A stretch of 64,000 nt of DNA from an uncultured virus (IMG/VR IMGVR_UViG_3300017747_004150) (lineage: Duplodnaviria > Heunggongvirae > Uroviricota > Caudoviricetes), in the IMG/VR virus record IMGVR_UViG_3300017747_004150, one strand, 5' to 3'. The position numbers were made by a program, and so were the translations under genes. This document shows, in pieces, positions 38,081 through 46,567 of the stretch; positions within the stretch are counted from its first letter, which is position 1, and every line of letters begins with the position of its first letter. Under the pieces are notes generated by a model. It worked only from the letters and a program-made list of their open reading frames with translations. It ran no database searches and was not told the origin of the DNA.

Positions 38081-38298
38081 GTTACATAAAGCATTGGGTC
38101 AATCTCTGGCCCACACCAGACAAACCGGTGACCATATGGAAACCGGAACGGGGCGTTCTCTGGCGCAATGAGTGGCATCCGTGCCACGATCACCTCAACG
38201 GATTGCAAGCGATCTGTGAGCGTTCCCTGCCTCCTGTTTGGGAAGGTCGGGCGAGATGGGAGCAGTATTTAGAAAAGTTAAACCAGTACATAAAATGA
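38077..38298 (+). CDS. Trp-rich hypothetical protein
   Basis: ATGA coupling on both sides. Confidence 0.65.
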   Translation: MSYIKHWVNLWPTPDKPVTIWKPERGVLWRNEWHPCHDHLNGLQAICERSLPPVWEGRARWEQYLEKLNQYIK

Positions 38299-38633
38299 GA
38301 AAAGAATCAGTCTATCACATCAGCAGCATTTTGTTGCTATCACAAGGTCCGCATGAATGCAGCGTGTCCATCAAAATTGAAAATCCGGAAGTAATTCAGG
38401 AATTGGTATATCTGTTTGGCGGGATGATCACCGCACATGAATCCAAAGAAAAAGACCAGGCGACTTGGATATTTTACTCCCAGACCGTTGGCAATTGCCG
38501 GATTACCGGAGTGATGAAAACATCTCTGAAAACCGTCATGCTTCAAAGAGATGTGTTTGCCGCGGAGTTTGCCTCTTTTGAACCGGAAACGACATTGCCA
38601 ATTATCGACAACCAATATTTCGGAAGGCCATGA
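38295..38633 (+). CDS. Hypothetical protein
   Basis: Start MRKESV, ATGA-coupled. Confidence 0.65.
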   Translation: MRKESVYHISSILLLSQGPHECSVSIKIENPEVIQELVYLFGGMITAHESKEKDQATWIFYSQTVGNCRITGVMKTSLKTVMLQRDVFAAEFASFEPETTLPIIDNQYFGRP

Positions 38634-38749
38634 AATCAAGCACCAAATTATCCGAACCACCAGACTGGCTTATGTGGGTCTGTCTGGCTCTTGTAATAAT
38701 CATTTTTTTCACCATCAAATACTTTTTTTATGGACAAACCAACAATTGA
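38630..38749 (+). CDS. Small single-TM peptide (39 aa)
   Basis: Read manually: MKSSTKLSEPPDWLMWVCLALVIIIFFTIKYFFYGQTNN. Confidence 0.5.
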   Translation: MKSSTKLSEPPDWLMWVCLALVIIIFFTIKYFFYGQTNN

Positions 38750-38924
38750 AGGGGCGGTCTACGGACTGACAATACTTCTCATGATCGGATTTTTGGGAGG
38801 GTCTGCCTACTTTAAATCCTGGGCTATGTTTTTAACCGGAGCAGTTCTGTTTGTAGTTACTCTGGTTTTTGCGCTCAGACAATCCGACAAACACAATGAT
38901 TCATCGAATATAAAATACCACTAA
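38730..38924 (+). CDS. Small two-TM membrane protein
   Basis: Two hydrophobic segments. Confidence 0.65.
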   Translation: MDKPTIEGAVYGLTILLMIGFLGGSAYFKSWAMFLTGAVLFVVTLVFALRQSDKHNDSSNIKYH

Positions 38925-38926
38925 CC

Positions 38927-39160
38927 ATGCCAATACCTAATTTCAGGCAAGTTTTCAGAGTCGCCCGATACTTGTCCTTTTTACTATTGTTTAATCTTTG
39001 CCTTTTGGCCGTGTTGTACTTTCTGTTTCTGGATCCAAAATCCGGAATGCAGCCAGTATGGACCACCGAGGCATTCATTATGGATCGTTTCATTTTGGCA
39101 ATTATGCTTGGGTTGTTTTCTTTCTTTTTCACATTCTTTTATTCCAATTGTAACGAATGA
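38927..39160 (+). CDS. Small two-TM membrane protein
   Basis: Two hydrophobic segments. Confidence 0.65.
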   Translation: MPIPNFRQVFRVARYLSFLLLFNLCLLAVLYFLFLDPKSGMQPVWTTEAFIMDRFILAIMLGLFSFFFTFFYSNCNE

Positions 39161-39447
39161 TCCGGATTTATACAGAGAGCACAATGCGGGAGTTCTACAT
39201 CAAAACGATGGATGAATTGCGTATGGCTGTTTCTGGAATAGATCAACAGGTGATCCGTCAACAAATGGGATGGAGAAAACGACGATGGAATCAATTTGTA
39301 AAAGGGGAGATTGATTTAACAATCAGAGCCGAAGAAGTTTACAGAATGCGAAGGATTCTTTATGAATTTAGAGCATTGAATACGCGTGTTAAATCCTCAA
39401 ACCATGCCAGATTGCATCCACGAATAAAACTTGAAGTAAAGAAATGA
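39157..39447 (+). CDS. Putative HTH-like regulator
   Basis: IRQQMGWRKRRWNQFVKGEIDLT resembles an Xre/Cro helix pair. Confidence 0.5.
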   Translation: MIRIYTESTMREFYIKTMDELRMAVSGIDQQVIRQQMGWRKRRWNQFVKGEIDLTIRAEEVYRMRRILYEFRALNTRVKSSNHARLHPRIKLEVKK

Positions 39448-39725
39448 AGATTTACAACGAAATGAAGGGAGAAGAAACTGCTCCAGTGGTAGCAGAAGTA
39501 CGAGCGCCAGATCAATACAGAGACTCAATCCGGCTGATGCCTGGGCACAAAATCTGGATGATAAATCTGGACACCAAAACTGTTACTGAAGCAGAATATG
39601 AAACAACAACCGCGGACATGCAAGGCAATGTCCGGAAGAAACTGGTTGTCCCGGCAAATTGCATCCCGGTGGCAGCTTTAAATATCAAGAATGCAATGAA
39701 GAAACTTGATCAAATGTATCGCTAA
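39444..39725 (+). CDS. Hypothetical protein
   Basis: PGHKIW...ALNIKNAMKK; ATGA-coupled. Confidence 0.7.
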   Translation: MKIYNEMKGEETAPVVAEVRAPDQYRDSIRLMPGHKIWMINLDTKTVTEAEYETTTADMQGNVRKKLVVPANCIPVAALNIKNAMKKLDQMYR

Positions 39726-39731
39726 GAATTT

Positions 39732-40646
39732 ATGAGTAATCAAAATCAAATGGCAGCAGTTCCAGAAGAGAAGTTGCTGCCCGTTTTACAAAGGCCGGAG
39801 GCTATTGCAAAACTGACCATGGCAATCATGCCAATGTATAAAGACGAAAAGGTGGCCTCCACGCGGGTCATGGCTGAAGTCATGGAGTTCAACCGGACTC
39901 TGCAACAGATTAAGCCAGAAGATTTGGCGCAAGTTCCACAACAGGAGATTTTCCGTGTCGGAGTCAGTTCGTTTGCTACGGGGTTGTCCTGGGCAGCAGA
40001 AGAACGCAACTTCTATTTGACCACCAGAAACGTGAAGGTTGGCCAGAATTGGGAGAAACGTCTGGAACTGACTATTTCCCACAACGGAGAACTATCTCTT
40101 CGACGGAGCCAGGGCATCATCAAAATGGTAGATGGCCCGCATTGCGTCTATGAAGGCGATCGCATTACCGGACTCAATCCGGCAAAGAATACCCTTGATC
40201 ACGAAAAGGCATTTCCATCCAATCCGAAAGCAAAGGTGATTGCGGTGTATTGCTTTGTGATCCTGCCTACTGGCGAGAAATTGCTCAGATTCTTTGATCA
40301 GTCAAACTTTGACCGATGGGCCGGATTCAGCCGGAAGCAGAACACTCCAAAGGACTCCAGTAAGGTAGAGGCAGGAAGAGATTACGCCAATGATCTGTAT
40401 CGGTCATACAACGGAGGAATTGATCCGGGTTTTGCGTCTGCCAAATGCGTGAAGCACGCCTGGGCTGGTTTGCCTAAGTGTAAGACTTTTGGATTGCCTA
40501 TTCAGGCAGATCCGGATGAGCCGATTGAGCAAGCTGTCTACCATCAAGAAGAGAATGATGGATATGCTCAAGAGGTTGATGCAAACACTCCGGCTACGGC
40601 AGAATCGCCAATACCAACTGTTGTTGCTGATAACGAAGACTTTTAA
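39732..40646 (+). CDS. recT: RecT-like single-strand annealing protein
   Basis: GLS...FYL...LTISHNGELSL...VYEGD...VIAVY...AKCVKHA pattern; acidic tail; near a PD-(D/E)XK nuclease. Confidence 0.7.
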   Translation: MSNQNQMAAVPEEKLLPVLQRPEAIAKLTMAIMPMYKDEKVASTRVMAEVMEFNRTLQQIKPEDLAQVPQQEIFRVGVSSFATGLSWAAEERNFYLTTRNVKVGQNWEKRLELTISHNGELSLRRSQGIIKMVDGPHCVYEGDRITGLNPAKNTLDHEKAFPSNPKAKVIAVYCFVILPTGEKLLRFFDQSNFDRWAGFSRKQNTPKDSSKVEAGRDYANDLYRSYNGGIDPGFASAKCVKHAWAGLPKCKTFGLPIQADPDEPIEQAVYHQEENDGYAQEVDANTPATAESPIPTVVADNEDF

Positions 40647-40676
40647 TTTTTAACAACCAATTTTCAAATCAAGTTT

Positions 40677-40976
40677 ATGCAAGTAGATTCAAGCATGTTC
40701 ACTGACGTTAGCTATAACGCAGAGAAAAACATCCTATCCGTTACATGGAAGGCATCCGGCAGGGTCACATACTATTACGATGTTCCGGCCGAATTGTGGG
40801 AGAAAGCCCAATCAGCGGAGTCCATTGGTAAGTTCTACAATGCCGAGATCAAAGGTCGGTATGATACGGACGAAACACGGGCCGCAGCGATGGCTCAGTC
40901 ACATGTCCATTCTGCCCCAGATTCAGGGCAGCAGCAAAAAAATAGTTCAAATTCAAACGACAACGACGTCTGGTAA
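40677..40976 (+). CDS. KTSC domain protein
   Basis: VDSSMFTDVSYN...YYYDVP...AESIGKFYNAEIKGRY. Confidence 0.85.
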   Translation: MQVDSSMFTDVSYNAEKNILSVTWKASGRVTYYYDVPAELWEKAQSAESIGKFYNAEIKGRYDTDETRAAAMAQSHVHSAPDSGQQQKNSSNSNDNDVW

Positions 40977-40979
40977 ACC

Positions 40980-42005
40980 ATGAGTACAGAAATTCAGAAA
41001 ATCAATGTAGACATTGACGCGGTAGCCGTCAAGTCTATTTATCTGGCCGCAGATGAGCGTGTCAGTAAGGCCAAAAAGCTTTGGGAGGATAAGTATTCTG
41101 TTATGGAATACACCGATGAATCTGGTGCCGCACTGGATACATACCAAGCAAAGATCAAAGTGGCTCAGAAGGAAATCAATGAGCAGCGATCACCGACCAC
41201 CCGGAGTCTGGCTCAGATCACAAAGGCATTCACCGATCTGGAAAATAGTTTGGATGCCATCGCCAAAAACGTGGATGAGAAGCGGAAGGATTACCGTCGA
41301 AAGGTTGCTGCCGAGCAGATGAAAAAACAGCAGGAAGCAGCAGCAGCAGCTGAAGCAACCCGCATCAAGGCTTTGTTCATTCCCAATGTCGAAGATGAAC
41401 TGGTGAACCTGAAGTATGACCTGAACGCCAGCTTCCTGAAGTCTGTGCAGGATGGAACATATCAGCCGGAAGAAAAACCATTCACTTTGTTTGGTCCGGC
41501 ATACGGCAATGTGTGCATCAAGGTCACCCGCAAAATCGGATGGACAGGCGAGAACAAAGAATTGGCCGATTTGATCCGTGACAAAAAGGATCAGTTGATA
41601 AAAGACTTTGATCGGGACGTCGCTGACTTCCGATCAAATGTTTTGAAGAACAAAGACAATGCGGAAGCATTGAAGAACATTGGCCGTGCTTTGGGTATTA
41701 CCTATCAGGAAGCCGCCGAGGCGATTGCCGAGCAGAAAGAGGAGGCTGAGATCCAAGCAGAGATCGAAGTCGCCCAGGCGGTCCAGATCGTGCAGGACAA
41801 TAGTCCGAAGATCCGGCAGGTAAAAGTCTGCAAGCCGAAGGACTACAAAGAAGCAATTGCTTTGTTCAACTACTATCTGGCGGTCGAAGCACCGTCGATG
41901 GATGATGTTCTCAAGATGATTTCCAAGGCCATGACGGTTGCCAACCGGATGGGTCTGAAGGGAGAAACGATTCAGGGAGTGACTTTTATTGATGATGTCA
42001 AATAA
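40980..42005 (+). CDS. Coiled-coil protein of the recombination module
   Basis: 341 aa helical; EQRSPTTR..., C-terminal IQGVTF. Confidence 0.7.
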   Translation: MSTEIQKINVDIDAVAVKSIYLAADERVSKAKKLWEDKYSVMEYTDESGAALDTYQAKIKVAQKEINEQRSPTTRSLAQITKAFTDLENSLDAIAKNVDEKRKDYRRKVAAEQMKKQQEAAAAAEATRIKALFIPNVEDELVNLKYDLNASFLKSVQDGTYQPEEKPFTLFGPAYGNVCIKVTRKIGWTGENKELADLIRDKKDQLIKDFDRDVADFRSNVLKNKDNAEALKNIGRALGITYQEAAEAIAEQKEEAEIQAEIEVAQAVQIVQDNSPKIRQVKVCKPKDYKEAIALFNYYLAVEAPSMDDVLKMISKAMTVANRMGLKGETIQGVTFIDDVK

Positions 42006-42654
42006 AGTTCGCGTTGTGGTTCCGGACGGGATCAGCATAAGGGATTACTACTTCAACCACGTTGTTGGAGTCAGTAATTCCCGCCTGTCCGGAATCCAAC
42101 GGTGGCTGGCCGGGAATACTGAATTTCAGTTTCCCGAACATGCTGCCCGGATGGGAAACTTGGTCGATGCCATTCTCACACAACCAGATCAAATTGACTT
42201 CAGCGCACCACGGGAAGAAGTTGTCCGAGCATTGAAAATGGCAAAGACGGCATCCACAAACCCACTGGTTCGAATCATGCTGGAAAAAGGAGATGGACAG
42301 GCCATATTCACAAGGGAGATCACCATTCGCATGAATGACTATCCCAAAGACATCCGATTCAAATCAATGTTGGACGTATGCCTTGAGAAACACCGCCTGG
42401 GAGGCGATTTGAAAACCACCGCGGCCACAACATACAAAGACTTTGTTGCGGCCATCCATCGGTTCAATTACTATCGTCAGGGCGCATTGTACATGGAGGT
42501 TGCTGATCTGGATACGTTTGTATTCATCGGACTTCCAAAAACACGGAACGATGTTTTCGTTCACATCATGACCAGAGACAGTGTTGAGTTCCAGAAAGCC
42601 TGGGAGGAAATTCATGCACTTGCTTGGTATGATGATTTAATGTTAGCAGCTTAA
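41989..42654 (+). CDS. PD-(D/E)XK exonuclease (RecE C-terminus/DUF3799-like)
   Basis: VSNSRL, MGNLVDAILT, KSMLD...DLKTT and YYRQGALY. Confidence 0.8.
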   Translation: MMMSNKVRVVVPDGISIRDYYFNHVVGVSNSRLSGIQRWLAGNTEFQFPEHAARMGNLVDAILTQPDQIDFSAPREEVVRALKMAKTASTNPLVRIMLEKGDGQAIFTREITIRMNDYPKDIRFKSMLDVCLEKHRLGGDLKTTAATTYKDFVAAIHRFNYYRQGALYMEVADLDTFVFIGLPKTRNDVFVHIMTRDSVEFQKAWEEIHALAWYDDLMLAA

Positions 42655-42704
42655 TTTTTTTTCAATTATGGCGGCACCGGGCCTATGGTGCATTTGTAAA
42701 CTTT

Positions 42705-43127
42705 ATGCCAGTTTTAATTTCGCAAGTAGAAAAGATTCGTCGCAACATTACCGAAGGCGAGCGTCACGATTTGAATCAGCAGGTGACCAAAGACTATCTG
42801 GAAGTGCAGTCGTTGCAAGCTTCAAAAAAGGAGGCATCCAAAGAGTGGGATGCAAAAATTACTCCGATCCAGAAAAGGTTGAACCAAAACTCTCGTATTT
42901 CCAAAGAAGGAGTTGTTGAAGAGGATCGTCAGGTGTTTTGTCTGTTTGATGTGTCCAAAGAAGAAGTCAAATTCTTTGAGGATGCAGAAGGCACCATTCC
43001 ATGCGGCAGCCGGCCAATGACGGAAGAAGAGGTTGAGAACCCAAATCTGTTTAGTTCTGATGGATCGGACGATGATCTGGAGGAGGAAGAAACCGACGAA
43101 GACGAGGATAAGGACGAGGAGATTTAA
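42705..43127 (+). CDS. Hypothetical protein with acidic tail
   Basis: Coiled N-terminus, SRPMTEEE motif, D/E-rich end. Confidence 0.75.
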   Translation: MPVLISQVEKIRRNITEGERHDLNQQVTKDYLEVQSLQASKKEASKEWDAKITPIQKRLNQNSRISKEGVVEEDRQVFCLFDVSKEEVKFFEDAEGTIPCGSRPMTEEEVENPNLFSSDGSDDDLEEEETDEDEDKDEEI

Positions 43128-43132
43128 GGGAA

Positions 43133-43180
43133 TGCGGGGTACGGTTAGGCGTATCGGGTTCGAATCCTGGCCCCGCAGCA
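43133..43180 (+). ncRNA. 48-nt tRNA-like RNA lacking the anticodon arm
   Basis: Acceptor TGCGGGG/CCCCGCA (7 bp), small arm TACG-GTTAGG-CGTA, T-arm TCGGG-TTCGAAT-CCTGG, 3' GCA. Confidence 0.7.
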
Positions 43181-43191
43181 AATTTTGGGTT

Positions 43192-43437
43192 ATGACACAT
43201 CAATATGAATTAAAAATATACAACGGACGGGTGAAGGTTTACGTAGATGGATACGTTATGTTCTCGTTCAACCAGATCGACTTTGCTGGATATTACGCTT
43301 ACAAGGACGATCATCTTTTATTCGGACTCGACATTTACCTGAACCGGGAAAAGGCCGGACCGATGGTAATGGAGATCTATTTTAAGACAAAGGAGAATTG
43401 GCTGGCTATTTTGAAGCTTTTGGACGAAAATTTATGA
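43192..43437 (+). CDS. Hypothetical protein
   Basis: Likely start MTHQYE at 43192. Confidence 0.7.
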   Translation: MTHQYELKIYNGRVKVYVDGYVMFSFNQIDFAGYYAYKDDHLLFGLDIYLNREKAGPMVMEIYFKTKENWLAILKLLDENL

Positions 43438-43673
43438 TTGACGAGATTATAGAACGGTACCCAGATTGCACTTTTCTTAAAGCAGATGGCTTTGATGAGG
43501 CAATTATTGGAGTTGATGAACAATCAATGAGATTGGTCTATTCAGTGGATAAATGCATTGAGATTCTTACAAGGGATATGAGCGAAGAGGATGCCATTGA
43601 GTTTTTCCAATTTAATGTATCCGGTTCGTATATGGGAGAGCAAACCCCTATTTGGTGTACAGACGATTTTTAA
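43434..43673 (+). CDS. Conserved acidic phage protein
   Basis: ADGFDEAIIG...EEDAIEFFQFNVSGSYMGEQTP. Confidence 0.75.
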   Translation: MIDEIIERYPDCTFLKADGFDEAIIGVDEQSMRLVYSVDKCIEILTRDMSEEDAIEFFQFNVSGSYMGEQTPIWCTDDF

Positions 43674-43676
43674 GCT

Positions 43677-43931
43677 ATGAAAGACAAGGAAAAAGAAAAT
43701 ATCTTGAATTTACGATTTGCCGAGCAGTTTACAGAATCTGAAGCTGTTGAGCATTTTGCATATATGACCAGCCAAACCAGGCTGAAGCATACAAATGAGG
43801 ACAACATCCAAAAGCAGTGGCGAATGAAACGCCTGGGAAGTTTGCTCAAAAGATTAGACCGACAAAGGTTTGATGAAATACAGCCAGGAACGGGGAACAT
43901 CAGCAGGATTTTTGAAGCGAGAGTGAAATGA
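43677..43931 (+). CDS. Hypothetical protein
   Basis: 84-aa ORF in the array. Confidence 0.65.
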   Translation: MKDKEKENILNLRFAEQFTESEAVEHFAYMTSQTRLKHTNEDNIQKQWRMKRLGSLLKRLDRQRFDEIQPGTGNISRIFEARVK

Positions 43932-44200
43932 AAACAGCACCATCTATCCATTATTTGCTTTGGTCTGAAACGGCATTTCCATTTGCACCAAACGATGCTA
44001 TAAAAAATCAGCTAATAGCAGCTTGTTCAAAATATGTTTATTGGGTAACAAGTCAAGTTGGTTTTGCTGTTTCATGCAAAATTGAAGATTTCAATATGGT
44101 GAAAAAGCAAGCATTGATTAGGACCGTAAAAGGAACTCAAACTGTTTGGGTAAACATAGATCAATTACATTGTAGTGAATCAGATGCAGACATTAGATAA
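43928..44200 (+). CDS. Hypothetical protein
   Basis: 90 aa; starts where the upstream gene ends. Confidence 0.6.
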   Translation: MKTAPSIHYLLWSETAFPFAPNDAIKNQLIAACSKYVYWVTSQVGFAVSCKIEDFNMVKKQALIRTVKGTQTVWVNIDQLHCSESDADIR

Positions 44201-44287
44201 CACCCACCATCGCCTCACGCCCCGTCTGGAACTCATCATTGACTCAGGGCGGGTTGATACTATGTATGTTTATAAAGTTGAAGGGAA

Positions 44288-44482
44288 ATGAGAGTCTATT
44301 TAAACCTTTCAAAGATTCATTTCAGCTGTGTTCATTGTGGTAAGAAGTATTCCGACCACAATGACAAATATTTGAATCGCTGCAATAAAAACAAAGACTT
44401 CTGCACCACTATCAAATGTGATTGCGGGAAACAATTCAGAATGAGTTACAACATCGAAGGACACGCAGTATCATGGTCATGA
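44288..44482 (+). CDS. Small zinc-finger protein
   Basis: CVHC...CDC. Confidence 0.65.
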   Translation: MRVYLNLSKIHFSCVHCGKKYSDHNDKYLNRCNKNKDFCTTIKCDCGKQFRMSYNIEGHAVSWS

Positions 44483-44772
44483 CACCACACCCCGACACCG
44501 ACATTTGTAATAATTGTTCAGACATACAGGCGGGTAGTTTTTATCATGGAATGACTTGTCCAAAATGTTTGAGGCCATTCCGAGTAATTAATCCACACCC
44601 CGACACCGAACGCTTCCGGTATGAGATAGAGGCTAAGACGGAGTTTGACAAATATAGGGAAGAAACAAGATGGCCTAATGGAGTCAGACAAGCTAATCTG
44701 TGTTTTAATACGTTTTATTCCAACTCCAACGGCAAGGAAATAGCATCATTCAATTTAAAAGCATGGAAATGA
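44479..44772 (+). CDS. Small protein with CxxC...CxxC insert
   Basis: Start MTPHPDT; CNNC...CPKC lies between 17-bp direct repeats. Confidence 0.6.
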   Translation: MTPHPDTDICNNCSDIQAGSFYHGMTCPKCLRPFRVINPHPDTERFRYEIEAKTEFDKYREETRWPNGVRQANLCFNTFYSNSNGKEIASFNLKAWK

Positions 44773-44924
44773 CGAACAAACAAAAAGCGCATAAGCATTG
44801 GAACAATATGACTAGATGTGAAAAACGGGCATACAAACGATGGCTACGAAAATACGATCTTTGGGATGGTGCTGAAGTAATTGAAAGATTGCAAAAGGTA
44901 AGACTTTTAACAATAGACCAATGA
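44769..44924 (+). CDS. Small basic protein (51 aa)
   Basis: Read manually (MTNKQKAHKHW...); ATGA-coupled at both ends. Confidence 0.55.
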   Translation: MTNKQKAHKHWNNMTRCEKRAYKRWLRKYDLWDGAEVIERLQKVRLLTIDQ

Positions 44925-45175
44925 CACCAAATGAAGAAAAAGCAATAGCGTTATATCAGCAATTTATTGCTGAAAAAGGATGCAGCCCAATGTTGTTTGA
45001 ATTCGCCGCCTTCTGTCTGGACAAGAGGGAGGAGGAATTCAAACACGAACAAGGCCGCCTTGAAGCAATCATTAATTACACAAGCAATCCAGAGCGAATG
45101 GTCCTAACGGAGTTTGTTGCTGAATTGACGGGCATTGAAGTCAAAGAAATTGTCAGGGAATATAAGAAGTATTAG
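44921..45175 (+). CDS. Hypothetical protein
   Basis: 84-aa ORF. Confidence 0.7.
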   Translation: MTPNEEKAIALYQQFIAEKGCSPMLFEFAAFCLDKREEEFKHEQGRLEAIINYTSNPERMVLTEFVAELTGIEVKEIVREYKKY

Positions 45176-45177
45176 AA

Positions 45178-45492
45178 ATGAAACGAACAGAAAACGCAAC
45201 AATATTCAAAACTCCGGTAATTGATATTCGCACCGGTGAACGGTCTGGAATGGCAAAGCATTATGTTTGGGCCGAAGAACATGAGAATGGGGAAATGGTA
45301 TTGTTGGTCCGGAAGTTAACAGTCAGCAAAGCTGAATACAACATTAAATACAGTAGGGTGATTGGTAAAATTGGGCTTAAAATTGAATATTTAGCTTTTA
45401 AGTTTGACACTTTATTTACATATGCCAATGTTGCCGCACAAGCTAGAATTCAGTTCGAAACCTTAAACGCCTCGAAAGGGGAAGAAAAATGA
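45178..45492 (+). CDS. Hypothetical protein
   Basis: 104-aa ORF. Confidence 0.7.
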   Translation: MKRTENATIFKTPVIDIRTGERSGMAKHYVWAEEHENGEMVLLVRKLTVSKAEYNIKYSRVIGKIGLKIEYLAFKFDTLFTYANVAAQARIQFETLNASKGEEK

Positions 45493-45731
45493 CACAGAAA
45501 CAGACCGCAGTAGAATGGTTTTCAATAGAAGTATTTAATCAAATTGAATTAATGAAATCCAATTACATTAGCAATGAAGAATTTAGGAATGGGCTTTTAA
45601 AAAAAAGAGACAAAGCCCTCGCAATGGAGAAGGAACAGATAGTTGAGGCTTATAAATCAGATAAGTATCCGTGTTCAAATGAAGACGCAGAGCAATACTA
45701 CGAAGATACATTTCAGGGAGTGGATGACTAA
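45489..45731 (+). CDS. Conserved small phage protein
   Basis: KQTAVEW...AMEKEQIVEAY...AEQYYEDTF, a pattern I recognise from flavobacterial phages. Confidence 0.75.
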   Translation: MTQKQTAVEWFSIEVFNQIELMKSNYISNEEFRNGLLKKRDKALAMEKEQIVEAYKSDKYPCSNEDAEQYYEDTFQGVDD

Positions 45732-45781
45732 GACTACCCCAATAGAATGAAAGCATTGACGGCTCGGAAAGACGGGCAAAT

Positions 45782-45864
45782 GGTCAGGTGGCTGAATCGG
45801 AATAAGGTTGCCTCCCGCTGATGACGGGATAGAGTATGTACAGGTTCGAATCCTGTCCTGACTG
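45782..45864 (+). tRNA. Degenerate tRNA, anticodon GAT (Ile-like)
   Basis: Acceptor GGTCAGG/CCTGACT, anticodon arm TCCCG-CTGATGA-CGGGA, T-arm ACAGG-TTCGAAT-CCTGT; D region and spacing irregular; no encoded CCA. Confidence 0.6.
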
Positions 45865-45867
45865 CAA

Positions 45868-46257
45868 ATGGAAAGTAAAAGTAAAATAATAGCAATGGAA
45901 AACAATTTAATAAGTAGGGACAGGTTTTTACGGATAGGACCTGCCAGAACTCAGTTAGTGCTCGACGCACTTAGAAAGTTGGAGAACTGCTCAAATGCAG
46001 CAAACTACCATTACACAGAAGTAGAGGTGGAGCAGATCTTTGCAGCCATTACCGATATGGTCGATGAAGTCAAAAAATCATTTCAATTGACGCACAAGCC
46101 CAAAAAAGATAAGTTTGTACTCGTGCCGGATGAGGCTGCCGCAGAAGTAGGTGCTTTTAACAAAGAAATAAAAGAGGAGATTGTCATGCAGTTCTCAACT
46201 ACGGCAATACAAGTTTCCGATAAAAGGCGAAGAGGAAGACCAAGAAAAGCAGCTTAA
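45868..46257 (+). CDS. Hypothetical protein with C-terminal AT-hook-like motif
   Basis: RFLRIGPARTQLVLDALRKLENCSN...Y; ends RRRGRPRKAA. Confidence 0.75.
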   Translation: MESKSKIIAMENNLISRDRFLRIGPARTQLVLDALRKLENCSNAANYHYTEVEVEQIFAAITDMVDEVKKSFQLTHKPKKDKFVLVPDEAAAEVGAFNKEIKEEIVMQFSTTAIQVSDKRRRGRPRKAA

Positions 46258-46297
46258 TACTATTTGAACAACTTTTAAATTTGGTGTATAAAAATCG

Positions 46298-46329
46298 AAA
46301 GGCCCAGGGTTTTGTCCTGGGCTTTTTTT
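46298..46329. terminator. Terminator between converging early and late blocks
   Basis: AAAGGCCCAGG-GTTTTGT-CCTGGGCTTTTTTT. Confidence 0.8.
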
Positions 46330-46522
46330 ATTCACCTGGCTGACCGGGTTTAATCCGGAAGATCTTTAAAAGAATCGTTTGCAATGTGGCGGTCAATCCT
46401 CCGACAACCAATCCTGGAGCGTTGTCGTCTGCTGAAATATATCCTGCCTTTTTAAGATACCCAATTCCTATCATCGCTCCGGCAGCCAACACTGTTATTA
46501 TGATCAGCGCCAGAAACTCCAT
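46328..46522 (-). CDS. Small two-TM protein (holin candidate)
   Basis: Start MEFLAL; two hydrophobic segments; directly after the endolysin candidate. Confidence 0.6.
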   Translation of the reverse strand: MEFLALIIITVLAAGAMIGIGYLKKAGYISADDNAPGLVVGGLTATLQTILLKIFRIKPGQPGE

Positions 46523-46567
46523 GAAGTTCTTGTGGTTGTATTTGGGTAGCCACCAAGGACGCATGAC

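Noticed and set aside
44201..44290. Structured RNA in the gap after the 43928-44200 gene
   Set aside because: Reads as a start-less coding remnant ending at the next ATG; no convincing stem.
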